From Desulfurococcales archaeon (lineage in GTDB: Archaea > Thermoproteota > Thermoprotei_A > Sulfolobales > Desulfurococcaceae): 64,000 nt of DNA. The notes under the pieces were generated by a model. The model saw only the letters and a program-made list of their open reading frames with translations. It did not search any database and was not told the origin of the DNA. The stretch is from NCBI GenBank assembly GCA_027022365.1, contig JALVYU010000026.1, positions 256,001 to 320,000 of the forward strand. Direction: 5' to 3'. Both the position numbers and the translations under genes were made by a program. Below, piece after piece: positions 30,617 through 39,294 of the stretch. Numbering within the stretch: position 1 is the stretch's first letter; each line of letters opens with the position of its first letter.

Positions 30617-31176
30617 TTTTTAGCCGAAGAGGGCGCCTAGACCCTCAGCAAGCTCCTCCTCGCTAACAGTCTCCTTCTCTTCCTCCTCAGCAGCCTCTTC
30701 CTCCTTCTTCTCCTTCTCCTCAGCAGGCTGCACAGGAGCAGCGGCTGGAGCAGCTGTTACTGGCGCTGCAAGAGCCTGTTCGAGAACCTTGGCTATGTCT
30801 ATGTTCTTTATTGCCGCTACCAATGATTTTACCTTTACATCGTCTACCTCTACTCCAGCGGCTTCCAATACCTTCTTAAGGTTCTCTTCATTTATCTCCT
30901 TGCCTGCTTTGTATAGTAATAGAGACGCGTAGATGTACTCGATCGCTCCTCACCCCGTCCTTTATCTATCCAGCCTTTTATTCAAGCATACAAGTAACAT
31001 GGGTTTAGGAGTTTTAAATCCTTTCCTTTCTAGTGTCAGGAAAAACTTTTTAGCCGAAGAGGGCGCCTAGACCCTCAGCAAGCTCCTCCTCGCTAACAGT
31101 CTCCTTCTCTTCCTCCTCAGCAGCCTCTTCCTCCTTCTTCTCCTTCTCCTCAGCAGGCTGCACAGGAGCAGCGGCT
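30617..31176. repeat. 130-bp identical direct repeat (30617-30746 and 31047-31176), 3' ends of rpl12 and rpl10
   Basis: base-by-base comparison. Confidence 0.9.
30620..30943 (-). CDS. rpl12: 50S ribosomal protein L12 (P1); apparent ATC start codon
   Basis: in-frame extension (I/M)[29 protein letters not shown] after GTGAGGAG RBS; acidic tail GLGALFG. Confidence 0.95.
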   Translation of the reverse strand: MEYIYASLLLYKAGKEINEENLKKVLEAAGVEVDDVKVKSLVAAIKNIDIAKVLEQALAAPVTAAPAAAPVQPAEEKEKKEEEAAEEEEKETVSEEELAEGLGALFG

Positions 31177-32072
31177 ACTGTTGGTACTTCTAGCCCTAGG
31201 TCCGGTGCGTACTTGGAGATCTCTGCGGCTAGTGCATAGGCTTTCATCAATGCTGTTCTGAACACATGTTCTGCGGTGTCCGGCGCCACGAATCCTGCTT
31301 CAGCAGCTAATGCTAGCGCGTGCCTGTATGCCTTGGTTATTGATAGCTCGATTACCTCTGGTACAGGCCATGCTATCTCAGAGCCCAGCTTCAGTGCGTC
31401 TAGGTGAGCATTGGTGAACATGTTCTCGTATTCTCCGAGGTCTAGGACTAGCTGATCACCTGGTATTAGTACTCCTGTATCATAGGCTATCTTTACCTTG
31501 AGCTTTACCTCCTTGAGCGCTATTCCTAGCCTCTGTAGTATGCTTGCTAGCTCTTCGGATATGACATCGCCCGGCTTTGCTACCTTTGTGTCCTTAGTTA
31601 TCCATATTGTGTTGCCCTGTATCTTTACGGGTATCTTGAGCTTGCTGAAAGTGCTTAGAATCGGTCCTGGCGATAACCCGGTGTTACCCTCCGGGACTAT
31701 TATTTCTTGGTCAGCTACTTCGCCTGGCTTGTAGAAGGTCTTGGCCTTGTATTTCTCGAACAGTAGGGCTAGTTCGAAAGCATTGAGGTTACTGAACACG
31801 AGGAGGTTCTGGCCTGTCAGTAGGTTTTCAAACTTCGACACGTCTAGCCCGGCTTTCTTTAGAGCTCTAAGTATGAGCTTGTTCTTGGATACTCTAAATA
31901 CGGCTACTTTGGCGAGCTTTTTCCTAAGTTTTTGTAGATGGTTTGTAGGGAATCCCTGTATATCCGCTATTAGGAATACGGGGTACTGCTTGAACAGAGA
32001 CGTCAGGTATTCTACCTCCTTTATCTTCCATTCAGGTATCCTCTTAGCTCTAGGCACTGCAGTCGCTGACAC
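31050..32072 (-). CDS. rpl10: 50S ribosomal protein L10 (P0)
   Basis: IPEWK, VSKNKL, GNTGLSPGP, acidic tail. Confidence 0.96.
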   Translation of the reverse strand: MSATAVPRAKRIPEWKIKEVEYLTSLFKQYPVFLIADIQGFPTNHLQKLRKKLAKVAVFRVSKNKLILRALKKAGLDVSKFENLLTGQNLLVFSNLNAFELALLFEKYKAKTFYKPGEVADQEIIVPEGNTGLSPGPILSTFSKLKIPVKIQGNTIWITKDTKVAKPGDVISEELASILQRLGIALKEVKLKVKIAYDTGVLIPGDQLVLDLGEYENMFTNAHLDALKLGSEIAWPVPEVIELSITKAYRHALALAAEAGFVAPDTAEHVFRTALMKAYALAAEISKYAPDLGLEVPTVAAAPVQPAEEKEKKEEEAAEEEEKETVSEEELAEGLGALFG

Positions 32073-32079
32073 GGCTCAC

Positions 32080-32727
32080 TCACCCTATAACTTCCACTGG
32101 TGGACCCATAGTTGTTTTTACAACTATTTTAGCTATATTATTTGCACCGTTAGGCAACTTTGTCTCGAGCAATGAGAGTATTGTCTGCGCGTTCTCAACG
32201 AGATCATCTATGTTCATGTCCTCAGTACCGATACGCGTCATCAATTGGGGCTGATCCTTGTTTCTAAGGAGAACTGCTGACTTGTATCTCTTGATGAGAA
32301 CAGAGATATCTGCCGCTGGCGGCACAGGAACGGGGATCTTGCCTCTAGGGCCAAGTGCCGGTCCTAGTTTTCTACCAGCAATAGCCATTAAGTCCGTTCT
32401 CACGAGAACCCAGTCACACTGCTGTGCAATCTTCTTGGCTCCCTTCTTGTCTAGTGCTTCAAGCTCGGGCTTCGTTATGACTTTAGCTGCGCCTGATTCT
32501 CTCGCTTTTTCGGCCATTGCTCCATCGGCTACTACGCATATTATTTTATCCTTACCTAGCCCTTTGGGCAGAACGATTATTTCACGTATTCTACCCTCAG
32601 GAGACCTGGGATCAATATCTCTTAACACAATGATTAACTCGACGCTTTGTTTAAACCTGCGTGGCGGACTATATTTTATTGCTTTTTCAATTGATTCCCT
32701 TAGTTTCTCCTTTGATGGGAGAGGCAT
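32080..32727 (-). CDS. rpl1: 50S ribosomal protein L1
   Basis: RRFKQSVEL, LGPRGK, KTTMGP. Confidence 0.96.
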   Translation of the reverse strand: MPLPSKEKLRESIEKAIKYSPPRRFKQSVELIIVLRDIDPRSPEGRIREIIVLPKGLGKDKIICVVADGAMAEKARESGAAKVITKPELEALDKKGAKKIAQQCDWVLVRTDLMAIAGRKLGPALGPRGKIPVPVPPAADISVLIKRYKSAVLLRNKDQPQLMTRIGTEDMNIDDLVENAQTILSLLETKLPNGANNIAKIVVKTTMGPPVEVIG

Positions 32728-32732
32728 TATGG

Positions 32733-33257
32733 TTACACCTCTTCTTCCTCTGTTTCTTTCTCCCACTCAGGCTCGTACTTGGCTAGCACCGCGTCATATA
32801 TGCCTTCATCGATCTCCTTCTGGACTATCTTCGGATCCTTGCCGTTGACTGTAATACCTATACTTCTAGCGGAGCCTAATATTGTTTTAACACCTGCTTT
32901 GAGTGTTTTGGCTGTTAATTGCTCTTTCTTCATTAGAGCTATCTCTATGATCTTCTCAATGGGCAGGTCTCCTATCTTTTGATGCGCCGGATCGCCGGAT
33001 GGGTTCTTTGCACCAACGGCTTTAAGGAGAAGAGCTGTAGTTGTCGGTATTCCGACTTTTATCTCAAATTTCTTTGTTGCAGTATCAACTATTATCTCGA
33101 CCGGGACTGTTAATCCTTCGAACTGTTTCGTCGCTTCATTAATCGCTTTTACTACTTCCATGACATTGACCTTGAGGGGAGAGAGCGTCGGGCCTAGCGG
33201 TGGGCCCGGGTTCGCCTTACCTCCTTCAACCATTACTTTTACTACTTTTTTACCCAT
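32733..33257 (-). CDS. rpl11: 50S ribosomal protein L11
   Basis: [19 protein letters not shown]. Confidence 0.96.
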   Translation of the reverse strand: MGKKVVKVMVEGGKANPGPPLGPTLSPLKVNVMEVVKAINEATKQFEGLTVPVEIIVDTATKKFEIKVGIPTTTALLLKAVGAKNPSGDPAHQKIGDLPIEKIIEIALMKKEQLTAKTLKAGVKTILGSARSIGITVNGKDPKIVQKEIDEGIYDAVLAKYEPEWEKETEEEEV

Positions 33258-33258
33258 T

Positions 33259-33741
33259 TTACCCACCACCTTTCTTCACGGGCTTAACATAATCACCTGG
33301 AACGGTTATAGGCACATTGAAAGCAGCCTCTAAGATACTAAGCATTACCATATTCTTATTTCTATCTACGCTCACGACCTGGGCCTTCATACCTCTGAAC
33401 GGACCACGCACAATTTCGACAATATCTCCCTCACTAACCATCTCAATAACTGGTTTGGGCTTGACCAGCCTCTCTATTTCTTCGGGCTTAACTTTTACGA
33501 GCTGGCCTCGCTTCACGTACTTAACATCTGTTATTAATGGGTAAACTGAACCCAGATTAGGGGCTTCTATAAAGACGTAACCCTTGATCCCGGGAGGAAC
33601 AATAATTGATCGAGCGTCTATTCCCCTTTCTTCCCTAAGGACGCGAGCCCTATTTTCCACTATTAAAGCAACATCCAGTTCCCGGCCAGCCGTCGTCCGT
33701 ATTGCGAAAAACTGTGAAGTCCTTGTTGCCAACGATATCAT
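33259..33741 (-). CDS. spt5: transcription elongation factor Spt5/NusG
   Basis: [31 protein letters not shown]. Confidence 0.95.
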   Translation of the reverse strand: MISLATRTSQFFAIRTTAGRELDVALIVENRARVLREERGIDARSIIVPPGIKGYVFIEAPNLGSVYPLITDVKYVKRGQLVKVKPEEIERLVKPKPVIEMVSEGDIVEIVRGPFRGMKAQVVSVDRNKNMVMLSILEAAFNVPITVPGDYVKPVKKGGG

Positions 33742-33923
33742 CCTCCGTAGAGCTGCGGGAATAGGAACGTTAGGAAGATCAGTCTGATGACGAAGGCTAT
33801 AGCACCTACGAGGGTCAGGCCGAGGAGACTTATTTTTAGACTGGTCATGTATTCTTCACGTGTGGGTTTAGTGGCAAGCCTGATTATACGGCGCCATGAA
33901 TCGATTAATTCTCTAAACCCCAT
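33738..33923 (-). CDS. secE: protein translocase SecE/Sec61-gamma
   Basis: LATKPTREEY + TM; synteny. Confidence 0.9.
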   Translation of the reverse strand: MGFRELIDSWRRIIRLATKPTREEYMTSLKISLLGLTLVGAIAFVIRLIFLTFLFPQLYGG

Positions 33924-33943
33924 TATCGATCCGCTCCATATCC

Positions 33944-34834
33944 TTAATATATATTCGGTAATATCTTATTTACAAATTCATCGATGCTGAAAGGCTTTAA
34001 ATCTTTATATTCCTGTCCAACACCTATCATTATGATCGGTTTTCTTATTGCATAGACTATGCTAAGCGGAACACCGCCTTGCTCATACGCATCGACCTTA
34101 GTTACAATAACGCCATCAACCCCGATGTATTCGTCGAAGAACTTTGCCTGCTCAATCGCATCATTACCAGTCAAGGCATCCACAACAAGTATTTTACGGT
34201 GAGGTTTAGAAACTCTAACCAGTTTCTTGAGCTCGTTAGCTAGATCTATATCTGTATGCATCCGCCCAGCAGTGTCTATTAAAACAACATCGTATCCACG
34301 GTTCTCAGCGTACTTGATAGCGTCAAAAGTTATAGCCGCAGGATCAGCGCCGTACTTCCCCATGAACACCGGTATACCTGTTCGTTGACCATGCAATTTT
34401 AATTGTTCCTGCGCACCGGCGCGGAACGTGTCAGCTGCAACCATTAGTGGCTTGTATCCCTTCTCCCTATATGCAACAGCGAGCTTGGCAATGGTTGTCG
34501 TTTTTCCAACACCATTAACCCCGAGAAAGACTATCTTATAGGGTTTATGGTTTTGGGCTTCCTCAAATATATCTAGATTTCCTGCTTCTCTGAATAAGCT
34601 AATTATCAGTTCTCTAAGCTTTATCACAAGCTCCTTCTTATTCCTTATATTGCCTCTCTTTATCTCTTCCCGAAGAGAATTTATTATGTATTCAGCACAT
34701 TCATAAGCAACATCGCTTTCAATAAGGCTGAACTTGAAATCTTCTAAAATCTCATCTAGTTTTTCTCTGGCTCCCAAAAACGAGGAGGCTTTCTCTATAA
34801 ACCTGGAAAATACTTTCTTTATCTTTCCAAACAA
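33944..34834 (-). CDS. ftsY: SRP receptor FtsY
   Basis: GVNGVGKTTT, DTFRAGA, DTAGR, TKVD; start refined from 34900. Confidence 0.95.
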   Translation of the reverse strand: MFGKIKKVFSRFIEKASSFLGAREKLDEILEDFKFSLIESDVAYECAEYIINSLREEIKRGNIRNKKELVIKLRELIISLFREAGNLDIFEEAQNHKPYKIVFLGVNGVGKTTTIAKLAVAYREKGYKPLMVAADTFRAGAQEQLKLHGQRTGIPVFMGKYGADPAAITFDAIKYAENRGYDVVLIDTAGRMHTDIDLANELKKLVRVSKPHRKILVVDALTGNDAIEQAKFFDEYIGVDGVIVTKVDAYEQGGVPLSIVYAIRKPIIMIGVGQEYKDLKPFSIDEFVNKILPNIY

Positions 34835-34862
34835 TTGGAATACACCGATGCTATTTTTCTCC

Positions 34863-35327
34863 CTATCCTTGAGCTTTACTGGTCTGTTGTACCTGCGCAT
34901 ACACGGACGCTAGGATCTGCTGTATGTAATTATATTCCGTCAGTGCCGACGCTAATTGTCTCTGAAGCCCATCTAATAGACGGCGTGTCTCGGCTATCCT
35001 CTTGTTTAGAAGTTTCATAGCATTTTCTTTATCAGTTTTGATATAATAGTTGCCACCAATATTTACCAGAAGCTTCTTATGCCATTCATCAACTATTTTA
35101 ACGGGCAGAAAGACTGTATTCATTCTATCCAACATGACATAAGAATCAGTGGAGCCTTCTGGGAGTTCATCTATTGTTGTTAGAGATAGTTGTAGCTCTG
35201 TTAGTTGAGCTGACAGTTCTTGTACTTGGGTTTGCAATATACCAATATATTCACGTAACTCGTTAGCCCTTATCATCAGCTCTGTCAAAGATATTTTTCT
35301 ACGTCCTTCTCTTGGTTGTTTACTCAT
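34863..35327 (-). CDS. pfdA: prefoldin alpha subunit
   Basis: coiled coils flanking VNIGGNYY; synteny. Confidence 0.85.
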   Translation of the reverse strand: MSKQPREGRRKISLTELMIRANELREYIGILQTQVQELSAQLTELQLSLTTIDELPEGSTDSYVMLDRMNTVFLPVKIVDEWHKKLLVNIGGNYYIKTDKENAMKLLNKRIAETRRLLDGLQRQLASALTEYNYIQQILASVYAQVQQTSKAQG

Positions 35328-35584
35328 ATCTCAAACCCCTTGATCATGGCGAGTGCTGCGATTCTTCTGTCTCTAACCTCGTCCAAACTGATCTCTTTGA
35401 CACTCGTGATCTTTATGTGCTTTCTCCTAAGCTTATGGTTGCTCCCCAGTACCGAGTATACATATTCAATCGCTTGTTCCTTCGTTAATGCTCTAACTTC
35501 TTTGGAGAATTTCTGCCATGTTGGATACCTATCATGGCTTATTAGCATGTAGCCCTCTACCTTGAATATTTTGACCTCGCTCAT
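35324..35584 (-). CDS. rpl18a: 50S ribosomal protein L18Ae/LX (eL20)
   Basis: FSKEVRA, YSVLGSNHKLRR. Confidence 0.93.
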   Translation of the reverse strand: MSEVKIFKVEGYMLISHDRYPTWQKFSKEVRALTKEQAIEYVYSVLGSNHKLRRKHIKITSVKEISLDEVRDRRIAALAMIKGFEI

Positions 35585-36264
35585 TTTTCTGCACCTTCGA
35601 AGCCTCTTTTAATACGTAGTATTTCAGGTCCGGTGGTTATTTCCCCAACTATAATGCCATAATTATTAGCTACTAGACCACTCTTTATAAAAGGTATTCC
35701 TGCATTTACAGTGCTTCTTTCAATACCTATGTTTAGTATCTCCTCAAGTTCTTTGATCTCATCATCGCTCACATCTGGGTGTATTACTCCCCCATTATCA
35801 TTTATCACGGCTAAGCTTCCCGGTATGGGCAGCCCCATTATGTTCTTCTTTATGATCTCTATACCTAACGTATCAGATATTTTGTCAATCTCCGAATCCT
35901 CTATCTCCTCGCTCGCTATTCCTATCTTATTGTTTACGAGGAACATGTTCCCCAGAGCAGTATATCTAGAGCCAGATAAGTATATGTTTAAGCCATATTT
36001 TTTCAAGAGCCTAGACAATGCATCGATTTCCTCATAATTAGTATTCCTGGGTAGTATGATGCCGTTGTTATTACCAACTACAAGTATTCCATGTAGAAAA
36101 GTCCCCGCGATCGTTATCCGAACTGTTTCAACGTTGAGAGCTTCCTGAATAGTATTTTCCTCTTCCCTAGTTATGCCGGGTGGTACTAGCGCTACCTTGT
36201 CATTAGCATAGATAAATACGCCGACATTGGCGTTACCCATTAATCCCAGCTTATATATTTCCAT
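35581..36264 (-). CDS. eif6: translation initiation factor aIF-6
   Basis: NVGVF, GVIHP, TVNAG, TTGPEI. Confidence 0.95.
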   Translation of the reverse strand: MEIYKLGLMGNANVGVFIYANDKVALVPPGITREEENTIQEALNVETVRITIAGTFLHGILVVGNNNGIILPRNTNYEEIDALSRLLKKYGLNIYLSGSRYTALGNMFLVNNKIGIASEEIEDSEIDKISDTLGIEIIKKNIMGLPIPGSLAVINDNGGVIHPDVSDDEIKELEEILNIGIERSTVNAGIPFIKSGLVANNYGIIVGEITTGPEILRIKRGFEGAEK

Positions 36265-36424
36265 AATTCACTCCCGCATCAGCTGTATTTCAATATATAT
36301 TGACATATTATATAGGAGATATTATAGTAATCTACCATACTACCGATAGAGACAATGCAGTTTATCAACTGAGCAACAAGGAAATAATTCCGGCTTTCTA
36401 GATAATCCAGATCATGTAAAAGAA

Positions 36425-36730
36425 TTATTTCTCGGTCCTCGAGCTAATTATGTTTTGTTTGCGGACAAGCAATACCTTGGCTACTTTTTCTTCTTTGTCA
36501 AATCTTATCTCGACCATGACTCGTCTCGGTGGCTTTTCTCTACTGAACCGCCATATATAATTGTTGACTTCATTTGATATCACGATTCTCTCTGCGTCCT
36601 TAAAGTGTCTAGCTACATACTTTCTGATCAGCCTTATCGCCCTGTCTGCCCTATTTGTTCTCCTTCCCCAGTACACGCGCTTTAAGGGGATCACATGTAT
36701 TGATTTCACGATTTTTCCTTCCTCACTCAT
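36425..36730 (-). CDS. rpl31e: 50S ribosomal protein L31e
   Basis: RADRAIRLIRKY..RH, VNNYIW..SREKPP. Confidence 0.95.
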   Translation of the reverse strand: MSEEGKIVKSIHVIPLKRVYWGRRTNRADRAIRLIRKYVARHFKDAERIVISNEVNNYIWRFSREKPPRRVMVEIRFDKEEKVAKVLLVRKQNIISSRTEK

Positions 36731-36760
36731 AGGGGCTCACCCAAGCCATGTGTGATATCA

Positions 36761-36916
36761 TTAGACTTTTAGCTTGTTTCTCCTCCAGTGTCTTCTTCTC
36801 ATGCCTCTTCTTACTTTGAGGCGTGTCCTTATACTTACCCATATAGGTACGGGTGCGTTGGACTTGTAAGCTGCTGCAAGCCTGAGTTTGCGGGCGAGTG
36901 GCTTATAGCGGGCCAT
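36761..36916 (-). CDS. rpl39e: 50S ribosomal protein L39e (not in ORF track)
   Basis: MARYKPLARKLRLAAAYKSNAPVPIWV...RRRHWRRNKLKV. Confidence 0.95.
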   Translation of the reverse strand: MARYKPLARKLRLAAAYKSNAPVPIWVSIRTRLKVRRGMRRRHWRRNKLKV

Positions 36917-36928
36917 ATATGTTCACCC

Positions 36929-37264
36929 TTATTTCCTAATAATACGAATACGTGTCTCCCTATGGGTCTGTTCATATATCTGGGCAAGCAGAGTTTTCAA
37001 TAACTCATCCGTCACTGGAATAGGTAGTCTACCAGCCTGAGCTAAAGCAATTATCTGTTGTTCCACCAGGGAAGCGAGCTCGGGTTTGACGAGTCTTAGA
37101 TTAGCCAGTCTTTCACGAGCTTCTGGAGTCATTATTTTGCGGAGCAATGCTTCTACTTGTAGCCTACGCTGTCGCTCCTCCTCCATTTTCTTCTGTAGTT
37201 CTATCAGTTTTCTCCGCTTAAGCTCCTCGAGATCAGCATCGTATCCTTCAGCCATTCTTGTCAC
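36929..37264 (-). CDS. PDCD5-like DNA-binding protein
   Basis: MTPEARERLANLRLVKPE. Confidence 0.92.
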   Translation of the reverse strand: MTRMAEGYDADLEELKRRKLIELQKKMEEERQRRLQVEALLRKIMTPEARERLANLRLVKPELASLVEQQIIALAQAGRLPIPVTDELLKTLLAQIYEQTHRETRIRIIRK

Positions 37265-37274
37265 CGCTAAAATA

Positions 37275-37769
37275 TTACTTTCTAAGGACCTTATTACGTA
37301 TATTGACTGGCAGGTACTTCGCTAGCTCTGGCTGCTCCTTTACGAGCTCAATCATTATCTCGAAGGCAAGCCTGTCTAGAAGGGCTCTTCCTTGTGGTGT
37401 GAGTATTCTTCCTTTCCCTCTAACTTTCCTTACTAGGCGGGCCTGCTCCAGTTGCTGTAGTATTTTCCTCGCAATACTGCCACTACCCTTTACGAAGTGC
37501 TCTGGGGCGGAACCATAGTTCTTTCTACCACCATATATTGTCCTGAAAGTCTCTATGCCGATGGGCTCTGAGGACTTGTATAGTTTTCTCAGTATACTGG
37601 CTGCTCTATAGTACCACCAGTCGGGATCACTTGGAGGCTTCTCCTTATGGGCACCTGTTTTGACAAAGTATGCCCACTCCGGAGGCTTCACCTGCGGTAC
37701 ATTATTCTTTAGGTACAATGCTAGTCGCTCTATGAGTTTGTCAGCTGGTACTTCAAGCGCTGTTACCAT
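37275..37769 (-). CDS. rps19e: 30S ribosomal protein S19e
   Basis: [29 protein letters not shown]. Confidence 0.97.
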   Translation of the reverse strand: MVTALEVPADKLIERLALYLKNNVPQVKPPEWAYFVKTGAHKEKPPSDPDWWYYRAASILRKLYKSSEPIGIETFRTIYGGRKNYGSAPEHFVKGSGSIARKILQQLEQARLVRKVRGKGRILTPQGRALLDRLAFEIMIELVKEQPELAKYLPVNIRNKVLRK

Positions 37770-38137
37770 TATCTTCCCCCTCTTCTAATTGGATTTTCCA
37801 ATATAGATTCAGTGTTTTTATTTTTACCTATACTTTTTCCCTTTAATGCGAGTATGAAAGTATTCCCCCTTACTTCTATAAGTCTTGCCCCGGCGAGTTC
37901 GGCTACTTTTCTAGCTATGCTTCTCCTATCGTTCTCCCCGGATTTGAGATAGGATCTAAGAATTCTTATCTTGACAACACCCTGTTTCTTCAGACGCCTT
38001 TTCACCTCGTTTATGAATCCCTCGGTTAGCCCTGATTTTCCGAGCTGTATGTCTACTTTTCCGCGTCTTCTTTCCTTGATAAGGTTCTTGATCTTGTTTT
38101 TATCATATACCTCCTCTTCCATCCACACATCAGGCAT
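37769..38137 (-). CDS. YhbY/CRM RNA-binding protein
   Basis: [24 protein letters not shown]. Confidence 0.88.
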   Translation of the reverse strand: MPDVWMEEEVYDKNKIKNLIKERRRGKVDIQLGKSGLTEGFINEVKRRLKKQGVVKIRILRSYLKSGENDRRSIARKVAELAGARLIEVRGNTFILALKGKSIGKNKNTESILENPIRRGGR

Positions 38138-38433
38138 GTCACAACTACCCTTGAACCTCTATGTCCCTCACTTCTTATTCTGACCCTTGAGGTCAATCCC
38201 GGTATTAGGGGTATATGGCATTTTCTACAATATCCCCTCCTTATATATCTTGGAGGTTTTATTCTAGCTTTGTGCGCGATCCTAATAATTAGTTCAATAT
38301 ATCTTCTCGCTAGCCAGTACCTTCCCTGCCTGGTCTCGGTGAGCGCCAATCTATAGAGCAGAGCTATTCTCTGCCTCGCCATGTCTTTCATGAGCCTTAG
38401 TTTATTTTTCCATTTCATACGGCTTAGCCCCAT
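38053..38433 (-). CDS. rnp4: RNase P protein component 4 (Rpp21)
   Basis: ARRY, CRKC..LIPG, CLMCG. Confidence 0.93.
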   Translation of the reverse strand: MGLSRMKWKNKLRLMKDMARQRIALLYRLALTETRQGRYWLARRYIELIIRIAHKARIKPPRYIRRGYCRKCHIPLIPGLTSRVRIRSEGHRGSRVVVTCLMCGWKRRYMIKTRSRTLSRKEDAEK

Positions 38434-38490
38434 ATCCCTTATATTACTATTATGTAATATTATTTTGAAATCCTAGTAGGGTGTACAAGC

Positions 38491-39177
38491 ATGAATAGGC
38501 TGAGAATAATACTGCTTGAATCAGCGCTGGAAACAGTGCCTCAGGAGATATGGGGGCATCCCGCAGTAGTTAAGAATGCGAGGAGGAGAGGTAAGAAGCC
38601 AGGCGAGACACTACTTGATGTTTCATTACACTATCATGCTATGAAGAACCTGGAGGATCGCGAGAAGAGAGGTCGGCCAGACATAGTTCACATAACGCTT
38701 CTTGAACTTCTTGAGAGCCCACTTAATAAGGAGGGACATCTGGAAGTATATGTTCATACTTATCAGGGCCACGTAATATTCATAGATCCATCTACGCGTA
38801 TCCCTAGAAACTATAATCGATTTGTAGGACTAATGGAGCAATTATTCAAGTACGGCAAGGTTCCACCAGACGCGGAAAAACCGTTAATTTATATCAAAAC
38901 ACTAACCCTTGAAAAATTATTAGAAAAACTAGGGTGCAAGGGCTTAGCTATACTATGGGAGAAGGGAGAAAGGGCTAGTCCCGAAAACATAGTGTCGATT
39001 GCGATGAACAATAACTATGCGATAGGGATTGGCGGGTTCCCGCATGGTGATTTCAGCGAAAAGATTATTTCGCTTGCATCATACAAGTTCTCGATATATA
39101 GGGATCCGCTGAATTCATGGGTCGTGGCCTCTAGGATCGCATATGCTGCGGAGAAAATACTTGGAATTCTGCCGTAG
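38491..39177 (+). CDS. nep1: 16S rRNA pseudouridine methyltransferase Nep1/Emg1
   Basis: RGRPDIVH, RIPRNYNRFVGL, GGFPHG. Confidence 0.95.
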   Translation: MNRLRIILLESALETVPQEIWGHPAVVKNARRRGKKPGETLLDVSLHYHAMKNLEDREKRGRPDIVHITLLELLESPLNKEGHLEVYVHTYQGHVIFIDPSTRIPRNYNRFVGLMEQLFKYGKVPPDAEKPLIYIKTLTLEKLLEKLGCKGLAILWEKGERASPENIVSIAMNNNYAIGIGGFPHGDFSEKIISLASYKFSIYRDPLNSWVVASRIAYAAEKILGILP

Positions 39178-39294
39178 AGTATATTAAATTGTTTATATAT
39201 GAATAATCTGTTCTAAGATTTATACAATATTAAATACCCGGTACAATTAAATGGTAATACCATTGAATACTTCTTACGAGCGGAGGAGGTAGTC

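Noticed and set aside
19629-38183. Numerous 60-200 aa antisense ORFs over core translation genes (e.g. 32258..32848, 25979..26530)
   Set aside because: Fully overlap well-supported genes on the opposite strand; no motifs
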